Shown: positions 57,718 through 64,000 of the stretch, in pieces
Numbering within the stretch: the stretch's first letter is position 1
How the letters are laid out: each line of letters begins with the position of its first letter
Assembly: GCA_015064355.1 (NCBI GenBank)
Contig: SVSJ01000001.1
Coordinates: 13,564 to 77,563 of the forward strand
DNA from: Oscillospiraceae bacterium
Lineage (GTDB): Bacteria > Bacillota > Clostridia > Oscillospirales > CAG-272
Direction of reading: 5' to 3'
DNA: 64,000 nucleotides
The notes under the pieces: generated by a model
The model's input: the letters and a program-made list of their open reading frames with translations, nothing else
Told to the model about the DNA's origin: nothing
Databases searched by the model: none
Made by a program: the position numbers and the translations under genes

Positions 57718-58600
57718 AGCCTCTCTCCTCCATTTCTGCAATAAATATCTCCTCAAGAGTGAGGGGGATAAACTCTACAAACGCAGGACCTATCTCATTG
57801 ATGTGTCCTTCTATCTCGTCTCTGTTCCCTCTTGCGATCATTGTAAACAAGCTGCCTCTCTTTTCGAGCGATACGGGATGAAGCTCTTTGAGGCGTGCGT
57901 CTGCTTCGTACAGTTTATCCTTCGGGAAGGTCATTTGCACCTTATGTATTTCAAGCTTGATGTCGTCAAGACCCGCTTCAAATATAAGCTGACCTTTATG
58001 CAGGAGTGCCACGTGGTCACAAATATCCTCGATTTCCTTAAGGTTGTGAGATGCAAAGATCACGGTAACTCCACGGTCTGCCACCTCTTCAGCGATTATT
58101 CTGCAAACTGTGCGGCGCATTACCGGGTCAAGTCCGTCGAGAGTTTCGTCGCAAAGCAAGTATTGCGTTCTGCAGGAAAGTCCGAGAAGGAAGGATGCCT
58201 GCTTCTGCATACCCTTTGAGAAAGTTGAGATCTTGCGCTTGTCGTCAAGTCCGAATATTTCAAGATATTCCTTGTATTTCTCCAGAGAGAATGTGGGGTA
58301 AATACTCTTATAAAACTGCATCATATCGTAGATCGTGCAATGAGGCAGGAAATACTGGTCGTCAGAAAGATAAACAATATTCTCTTTTACAATAGAATTC
58401 TCCCAGATCTGTTCGCCGTCGAATGAAACTTCTCCTTCTGTAGTTCCGTAAACACCGCAAAGTATGCGAAGCAGTGTGGATTTTCCTGAACCGTTTGAGC
58501 CGATCAAGCCGAAAATCGATCCGTTTTCAATAGACAATGCTACGTTATCAAGACTTCTTACTTCTTCAAAATCTTTTGTTACTGAATTAATCTTAATCAT
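57692..58600 (-). CDS. ABC transporter ATP-binding protein (YtrB-like)
   Basis: GSNGSGKS, FSKGM signature, CDETLDGLD, SH, C-terminal LEEIF. ATG 58600 follows GGAGGT. Confidence 0.93.
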   Translation of the reverse strand: MIKINSVTKDFEEVRSLDNVALSIENGSIFGLIGSNGSGKSTLLRILCGVYGTTEGEVSFDGEQIWENSIVKENIVYLSDDQYFLPHCTIYDMMQFYKSIYPTFSLEKYKEYLEIFGLDDKRKISTFSKGMQKQASFLLGLSCRTQYLLCDETLDGLDPVMRRTVCRIIAEEVADRGVTVIFASHNLKEIEDICDHVALLHKGQLIFEAGLDDIKLEIHKVQMTFPKDKLYEADARLKELHPVSLEKRGSLFTMIARGNRDEIEGHINEIGPAFVEFIPLTLEEIFIAEMEERGYDFHENLG

Positions 58601-58985
58601 CGTTTGTACCTCCCAACTTACCGAATGCAATACGAGCCGCATTAACAAATTCTTCCTCGGTGATTCCGGTGCTCTTCATTTCATAAGCAAGTGCGGACAT
58701 TTTGTCTACAAGCTTGTCATACTGTTCACCGCGCAGATTTCTCATGCTGGCAAGAACGATACTGCCTCTACCCGGCAAAGACATGATAACACCTGTTCTC
58801 TCAAGCTCCGAATATGCCTTCTGTATTGTGTTAGGGTTAATACCAAGCTCCTTTGCAAGACTTCTGACAGAGGGTAGCTTATCGTCCGGCTTCAATTCTC
58901 CGATAAGTATCAATTTCTTGATATTGTCGATGAGCTGTTCGTAAAGCTGTTTTCTTCCCCTGAGGTCTACTGTAATTAAACTCAA
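58593..58985 (-). CDS. GntR-family regulator, YtrA subfamily
   Basis: YEQL, LPSVRSLA..LGINPNTIQKAY..LE, PGRG; short C-terminal domain; TTG start. Confidence 0.93.
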   Translation of the reverse strand: MSLITVDLRGRKQLYEQLIDNIKKLILIGELKPDDKLPSVRSLAKELGINPNTIQKAYSELERTGVIMSLPGRGSIVLASMRNLRGEQYDKLVDKMSALAYEMKSTGITEEEFVNAARIAFGKLGGTNDD

Positions 58986-59003
58986 ATTTTTGTCCCCCTT
59001 TCT

Positions 59004-59028
59004 ACTGTACTATTCGTATTAATACAGT
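59004..59028. promoter_or_regulatory. YtrA-type operator palindrome ACTGTA-N13-TACAGT
   Basis: Perfect 6-bp inverted repeat with a 13-nt spacer just downstream of the -10 of the gntR promoter; same architecture as B. subtilis AGTGTA-N13-TACACT. Confidence 0.8.
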
Positions 59029-59031
59029 TGT

Positions 59032-59060
59032 ATTGTATCATACGGGGTAATTTCTGTCAA
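59032..59060 (-). promoter_or_regulatory. sigA promoter of the GntR-ABC operon
   Basis: TTGACA-N17-TACAAT with extended TG. Confidence 0.75.
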
Positions 59061-59137
59061 TACTTTTTTAAATATTTATTGAATTATTTTCCCAAAAATG
59101 GTATAATGTATTATGAAATAAATATTTTGGAGATTAT

Positions 59138-59815
59138 ATGGACGTAAACAAGCGCTTTTTTCTTGATTTCCTCCTTGGAACCGGTGATGTACACGTTTTG
59201 TTCGAGCCCTACTTTTCCCACGGAAATGCCGAAACGATCATATGGCGTAGAGGCGATCATTTATGGGATTCTCCCAAAGAATACATAAAAACTATGCTAT
59301 CTGTTGCTGAAAGAACCCAATCTGATGTTATGGTTTGTGACGTCGGCTTGTTCCGCGGCGACAAGAAGCTAATGCTCATTGAATACCTACGTAAATATAT
59401 GCTCAAAGGACGTCCTATCGGAACTTGTGTTATTTGCCATTCACAGGAAGACGTTGATATGGCATCTGACATTGCAGATTGCCTGGGTGTATACGGAAAT
59501 GCAAAGTCGAAAATCGCTCCTGTTATCAGAATGGATGGAACTATTGAAGAAGCGATTGCACGTGGGGACTCCGGATGGTTTGCACGAGATAATGTTGAAC
59601 ATTATCTGAAAAACTACGGAGACAAAATCAGAATTTTAGGTGGACTTGGAGCTGAATTTATCCAAAGTGCTTCTCCTGCAAAGATCCAGAAGTCGATAGA
59701 ACGTCTTGCCGCAAAGTACAAAGGAAAATGGGCGGTTGGCTCCGGTGGTATCGTTTCAAAAGACAAATATCTTGAGCTTGCTTCAATGCTTTGGGCATTT
59801 TTAAAGCTAAGATAA
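59138..59815 (+). CDS. Hypothetical protein; shortened/degenerate URO-D (MtaA/CmuA)-like
   Basis: C-terminus YGDKIRILGGLG....ASPAKI.....WAVGSGG resembles the URO-D barrel end. Promoter TTGAAT-N17-TATAAT at 59079-59107. Confidence 0.65.
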   Translation: MDVNKRFFLDFLLGTGDVHVLFEPYFSHGNAETIIWRRGDHLWDSPKEYIKTMLSVAERTQSDVMVCDVGLFRGDKKLMLIEYLRKYMLKGRPIGTCVICHSQEDVDMASDIADCLGVYGNAKSKIAPVIRMDGTIEEAIARGDSGWFARDNVEHYLKNYGDKIRILGGLGAEFIQSASPAKIQKSIERLAAKYKGKWAVGSGGIVSKDKYLELASMLWAFLKLR

Positions 59816-59904
59816 CACTTATGAACCACTAATTCATTAAAATCTGTTGCAAAATTCAAATTATTGGTATATAATATTCAAAAATATATTAAGGAGAAAT
59901 TACT

Positions 59905-60237
59905 ATGTATTACTTCCTCGAAGGCACAGGCGCGGCTGTTGATCCTGCAGCTGGCGGTGTCGGCGGCTTTATGCCCCTCATTATGATCGTTGCTATGATC
60001 GCTATTTTCTACTTCTTCATGTATCGTCCCCAGAAGAAGCAGGAAAAGGAAACAAACAACATGAGAAACAACCTCACAGTTGGTGATGAGATCACAACAA
60101 TCGGTGGTATCATCGGCAAGATCGTTTCTATCAAGGATGAGACCGTTGTTATTGAGACAACAGGCTCCTCCACAAAGATCAGAATTCTCAAGAGCGCAGT
60201 TCGTAACGTAGACGTTCACGCTGAAGACGCTGACTGA
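59905..60237 (+). CDS. yajC: Preprotein translocase subunit YajC
   Basis: TM then FYFFMYRPQKK, L.VGDEITTIGGIIG. AAGGAG RBS; promoter TTGCAA-N17-TATAAT at 59847-59875. Confidence 0.96.
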   Translation: MYYFLEGTGAAVDPAAGGVGGFMPLIMIVAMIAIFYFFMYRPQKKQEKETNNMRNNLTVGDEITTIGGIIGKIVSIKDETVVIETTGSSTKIRILKSAVRNVDVHAEDAD

Positions 60238-60325
60238 TTTTAAAGTTTAACCTCTTGAATGACAATTAGCATTTTCCTTTCGTTCCCGGAATAAGATTTA
60301 CAAAGTAATCTTTTTTGGAGGCTGT

Positions 60326-60748
60326 ATGAAAGGTAATGTCAGGTCATCAAGAGGTCTTTTTCTTTCTTGTTTAATGTCGCAAATTGTTTGGTTCGTTTCT
60401 GCTGTCATTTTGTTGCTACTGTTTTGTGCCATATCAAATTCTATGAGCGACCCTGAGTCTGTATCAATGCCCCTCTCCCTTTGTGCGCTATATCTTAGTG
60501 CGATTATCGGAGGCGTTGGTGCTGTGAAACTCTCAGGAGACGGAATATTATCGGGACTTGTTTCCGGTTTTATTAGTGCTGGGATCATTTTGCTTTTATC
60601 AGCACTGCCCTTGCCGTCCTCAGGTTTAAGCACTGTAAACTCTATAATACTTCTGCTTCTCGTGATTCCCGCAAGTGTCATCGGCTCTTTTATTGGTAAG
60701 AAAAGAAGCAAAAAAATCAAGCATTACTCAAAGAGGAAACGTCCGTGA
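60326..60748 (+). CDS. TIGR04086/YrzE-like 4-TM membrane protein
   Basis: Four hydrophobic helices, GG...GIL.G..G pattern, basic tail, position after yajC; GGAGG RBS. Confidence 0.7.
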   Translation: MKGNVRSSRGLFLSCLMSQIVWFVSAVILLLLFCAISNSMSDPESVSMPLSLCALYLSAIIGGVGAVKLSGDGILSGLVSGFISAGIILLLSALPLPSSGLSTVNSIILLLLVIPASVIGSFIGKKRSKKIKHYSKRKRP

Positions 60749-60785
60749 ATATTAAAAACTCACATTATTGTTTGATTGAAACAAA

Positions 60786-60814
60786 TTGACTAATTTACCG
60801 ATCGGTGCTATAAT
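60786..60814 (+). promoter_or_regulatory. sigA promoter of the DUF554 gene
   Basis: TTGACT-N17-TATAAT with extended TG. Confidence 0.7.
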
Positions 60815-60853
60815 ATTGCCAGAAAGTTCTTGGCAATAAAGTGAGTAATCAAA

Positions 60854-61546
60854 ATGATCGGTGTAATTATAAATGTTATAACAGTGATCGTAGGGTCTTT
60901 GGTGGGGTTGCTATTCAAGAAAGGAATTCCGGAAAAAGTCAGCAAGGCTGTTATGATCGGTTTAGGTGCGTGCACTCTCTATATTGGTATTTCAGGCAGT
61001 CTTTCTGGAGAAAATGTACTCATATTAATAGCGTCTGTTGTCTTGGGCGCGATAGTCGGAACTCTTCTGAATATTGATGGTGCAATTAACAAGCTTGCCA
61101 TCAAAGTTGAAGAAAAATTCAAAAAGGACAACGCAAACGTGTCCATAGCTGAAGGGCTGATCACAGCCACCCTGCTTTTCTGTGTTGGTTCAATGACTGT
61201 CACAGGATCTATTCAAGCAGGTCTCACGGGAGACAACTCAATTCTTATTACAAAAGCAACTCTCGACTTGGTATCATCAATGATGCTTGCCTCCAGCCTT
61301 GGTGTCGGCGTTCTTATGGCATCTGTATCGGTATTTGTTATTCAAGGCGGCCTTGTGCTTCTTGCCGGACTTATCTCCCCCGTAATGAGCACAGGAGCAA
61401 TTAACGAAATGACCTGTGCAGGATCATTGCTTATCGTTATGATAGGAACAAACCTTATGGGTATTACAAAAATCAAAGTTGCGGATTTTTTACCCGCGAT
61501 TATTTTCGCACCCATCATTTATAACTTGGTTAATTTGTTTATATAA
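60854..61546 (+). CDS. DUF554 family membrane protein
   Basis: G.IIN...VIVGS..G, LLFCVGSM...G, G..G....L..K..LD, G..L...IG.N, FLPA. Confidence 0.9.
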   Translation: MIGVIINVITVIVGSLVGLLFKKGIPEKVSKAVMIGLGACTLYIGISGSLSGENVLILIASVVLGAIVGTLLNIDGAINKLAIKVEEKFKKDNANVSIAEGLITATLLFCVGSMTVTGSIQAGLTGDNSILITKATLDLVSSMMLASSLGVGVLMASVSVFVIQGGLVLLAGLISPVMSTGAINEMTCAGSLLIVMIGTNLMGITKIKVADFLPAIIFAPIIYNLVNLFI

Positions 61547-61590
61547 AATTTCATTCGCAATTTTTTCAGTATTCTCACACAAATTACCAT

Positions 61591-61620
61591 TCATAAATTC
61601 GTAATAGTTGAATCATAATA
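61591..61620 (+). promoter_or_regulatory. sigG-type forespore promoter of the SASP gene
   Basis: TCATA-N18-CATAATA, one mismatch to the sigG consensus (GHATR-N18-CATAnTA). Confidence 0.65.
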
Positions 61621-61698
61621 TTAGCGTGAGACAGGAAAGTCTCGCCGAGAGAAATAATCTCTCAGAAACATTTATGATTTTGAATGGAGAAAACAATA

Positions 61699-61905
61699 AT
61701 GGCTACAAAGAATTCTAACAGAATCGTTGTTCCCGAAGCAAAGGCTGCTATGGAACAGTTCAAGATGCAGGCTGCAAGTGAAGTAGGCGTTAACCTTCAG
61801 AACGGTTATAACGGCGACCTCACTTCCCGCCAGGCTGGCTCTATCGGCGGTCAGATGGTAAAGAAAATGATCGAAAAGTACGAAAACGATCTTTCCGCTA
61901 AATAA
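61699..61905 (+). CDS. Alpha/beta-type small acid-soluble spore protein
   Basis: VPEA..A..QFK..AASEVGV, NGDLTSRQAGSIGGQMVKKMI. ATG 61699 follows GGAGA. Confidence 0.95.
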   Translation: MATKNSNRIVVPEAKAAMEQFKMQAASEVGVNLQNGYNGDLTSRQAGSIGGQMVKKMIEKYENDLSAK

Positions 61906-61928
61906 GTTTTTCTAAAGATTTTCAAAGC

Positions 61929-61967
61929 AAAAAAGAAAACCTCGGTGTTTTTTACTCCGAGGTTTTT
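61929..61967. terminator. Bidirectional intrinsic terminator
   Basis: AAAACCTCGG-loop-CCGAGGTTTTT between the SASP gene and nrdG. Confidence 0.82.
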
Positions 61968-61976
61968 CATTTGTAT

Positions 61977-62501
61977 TTACTTTTCGTCCCAAAGAACGAT
62001 CTCACCGCAGTCTCGAGTTTTACAGAGGTCGATAAGACGCTGATTTTCAGATCCTCTGAACCTGAGAGATATATTCCTGAGCTTTTCAACGTATCTGCCG
62101 TCAACGAGCACGTCAATATACGAGAGAAGCTCTGATGTAACATCTGTGTGGGGATAGGCGGTCGGATCGTTCAACTCATCATAAGTGAAGCCGGAAAAGG
62201 CCCATATATCCTTATTCGGATATGCCACTCTCACACGCTTTACAAACGGAAGAAGCTCCTTTTGATTTTTGGGTTCAAAGGGCTCGCCCCCAAGTATGGT
62301 GAGTCCTCTGATATATGAGGGGGCAAGCATTTTCAAAATCTTCTCTTCTGTTTCAGCGGTAAAGTGCTGACCGTAGTGAAAATCCCAAGTCTGTGGCTGA
62401 AAACAGTTTTCGCAGTGATTGGTACAGCCGGATACAAAGAGAGAAATTCTGACTCCGGGTCCGTTTGCTATATCACAATCTTTTATTTCACCGTAATGCA
62501 T
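61977..62501 (-). CDS. nrdG: Anaerobic ribonucleoside-triphosphate reductase activating protein
   Basis: DIANGPGVR.SLFVSGCTNHCENC, LGGEP, VLVDG, RGSENQR. Confidence 0.96.
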   Translation of the reverse strand: MHYGEIKDCDIANGPGVRISLFVSGCTNHCENCFQPQTWDFHYGQHFTAETEEKILKMLAPSYIRGLTILGGEPFEPKNQKELLPFVKRVRVAYPNKDIWAFSGFTYDELNDPTAYPHTDVTSELLSYIDVLVDGRYVEKLRNISLRFRGSENQRLIDLCKTRDCGEIVLWDEK

Positions 62502-62517
62502 AAAAGTCTCCAGTCAA

Positions 62518-64000
62518 TTACAGGTGCAGAACTCGCTCTTTGATTTCCTGAGTTCTTCCCTGGTTCCAATACTGTGTGCCGATATAACCACAGGTACGGC
62601 GAGCAACGTTCATCTTGTCCTGGTCTCTGTTGTGGCAGTTAGGGCAATCCCAAACGAGCTTTCCGTCCTCTTCAATGATCTGTATCTCTCCGTCATATCC
62701 GCAAACCTGGCAATAATCGCTCTTTGTGTTGAGCTCCGCGTAGATGATGTTATCATAGATAAACTTCATAACCTCAAGAACCGCAGGAATGTTATTCTGC
62801 ATATTTGGCACTTCAACGTAAGAGATAGCACCTCCGGGAGACAGATGCTGGAACTGCGCCTCGAATGCAAGCTTATCAAATGCGTTTATATTTTCAGTTA
62901 CGTGAACGTGGTAGCTGTTTGTTATATAGCTCTTGTCAGTTACGCCGGGCACGATGCCAAAGCGCTTCTGGAGGCACTTTGCAAACTTATATGTTGTGGA
63001 TTCCAGAGGAGTTCCGTAGAGGCTGAAGTCGATGTTATGCTTTGCCTTCCACTTCTTACAAGCCGCGTTGAGATAGTCCATAATTTCAAGAGCAAAAGGT
63101 GTTGCTTCAGGGTCTGTATGGCTCTTGCCGGTCATATACTTAACGCATTCGTAAAGGCCTGCGTAACCGAGAGAGATTGTTGAGTATCCGCCATAGAGGA
63201 GCTTGTCAATGGGCTCACCCTTTTCAAGTCTTGCGCAAGCACCGTACTGCCAAAGAATAGGAGCAGCGTCAGAGAGAGTACCCTTAAGTCTTTCGTGTCT
63301 GCACCAAAGGGCGCGATAGCAAAGTTCAAGTCTTTCATCAAAGATCTGCCAGAACTTTTCGCGGTTTCCGCCGGACGAGAGGGCGATATCGGGGAGATTG
63401 ATAGTTACAACACCCTGATTGAATCTACCGTAATACTTGGGCTTGTTTGTCTCGGGATCAACGTAAGGTGTTAGGAAGCTACGACAACCCATGCAGGTAT
63501 AGCAATGGCCTTCTCCGTTCTTGTCAACCTTTAATTCGAGCATCTTCTTTTCGGAGATATAGTCGGGTACCATACGCTTTGCTGTGCACTTTGCCGCAAG
63601 CTCTGTAAGATACCAGTACTCGGAATCCTCGTGAATGTTATTTTCCTCAAGAACGTAGATAAGCTTCGGAAATGCGGGAGTTACCCAAACGCCCTTTTCA
63701 TTCTTAACGCCCTGGATTCTCTGAAGAAGTACTTCTTCAATAATAATAGCAAGGTCACGGCGCTCGGATTCGCTTTCAGCTTCGCCAAGGTACATAAATA
63801 CGGTAACGAAAGGAGCCTGGCCGTTTGTTGTAAGAAGTGTTACAACCTGGTACTGAATTGTCTGAACACCGCGGCGTACTTCTTCGCGAAGTCTCTTTTC
63901 AACGATCTTGCTTACATCTTCGTCCGCCATCTCTCTTCCGAGAAGCTCGTTTTCAGCGATAACATCCTTATAGATGCGCTCTCGGCTGACCTGAACAAAG
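62518..64000 (-). CDS. nrdD: Anaerobic ribonucleoside-triphosphate reductase (5' truncated by window edge)
   Basis: GQAPF, FPKL, MGCRS, GRFN.GVVTIN, TP.ES, TNSYH, CxxC...CxxC, RTCGYI glycyl-radical motif. The frame stays open to the window end. Confidence 0.96.
   Translation of the reverse strand, partial: FVQVSRERIYKDVIAENELLGREMADEDVSKIVEKRLREEVRRGVQTIQYQVVTLLTTNGQAPFVTVFMYLGEAESESERRDLAIIIEEVLLQRIQGVKNEKGVWVTPAFPKLIYVLEENNIHEDSEYWYLTELAAKCTAKRMVPDYISEKKMLELKVDKNGEGHCYTCMGCRSFLTPYVDPETNKPKYYGRFNQGVVTINLPDIALSSGGNREKFWQIFDERLELCYRALWCRHERLKGTLSDAAPILWQYGACARLEKGEPIDKLLYGGYSTISLGYAGLYECVKYMTGKSHTDPEATPFALEIMDYLNAACKKWKAKHNIDFSLYGTPLESTTYKFAKCLQKRFGIVPGVTDKSYITNSYHVHVTENINAFDKLAFEAQFQHLSPGGAISYVEVPNMQNNIPAVLEVMKFIYDNIIYAELNTKSDYCQVCGYDGEIQIIEEDGKLVWDCPNCHNRDQDKMNVARRTCGYIGTQYWNQGRTQEIKERVLHL

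Noticed and set aside
1-64000. rRNA, tRNA, CRISPR arrays, IS elements, introns/inteins (including in nrdD) and frameshifted genes
   Set aside because: None seen: intergenic gaps are short and explained by promoters or terminators, and the CDS have uninterrupted frames.

Overview
This window is core chromosome from a low-GC, spore-forming Clostridia-class Firmicute; a finer placement (Oscillospirales-like) is only an impression from gene content and codon style. It holds about 63 CDS covering replication and repair (dnaD/dnaC-like pair, XPD/DinG helicase, smc, topA, dprA, nrdDG), translation (tsaD, typA, leuS, rsfS, trmFO, infC-rpmI-rplT with L20 leader and ATT start), metabolism (nifJ/PFOR, serC/serA, aspartokinase, asnA, plsX), cell envelope and sporulation (sigK, SASP, DUF378). 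I found no rRNA, tRNA, CRISPR array, IS element or prophage, and no clearly novel large system is demonstrable. The best leads are: (1) a six-gene envelope operon, BlaI-like regulator / O-antigen-ligase-like / DUF4330 / TagO / LolA-fold-like / DUF4330; (2) an unannotated 32-aa Cys-rich single-TM peptide with a strong RBS and a sporulation-type -10; (3) a ParB-motif DUF1015 protein beside a serC-serA unit that lacks serB and is interrupted by a deacetylase; (4) an ECF-sigma promoter upstream of DUF4349-sanA and a perfect YtrA-type operator; (5) degenerate enzymes (shortened URO-D-like protein, helicase with an eroded nuclease motif). All family assignments come from motif recognition, not database searches.
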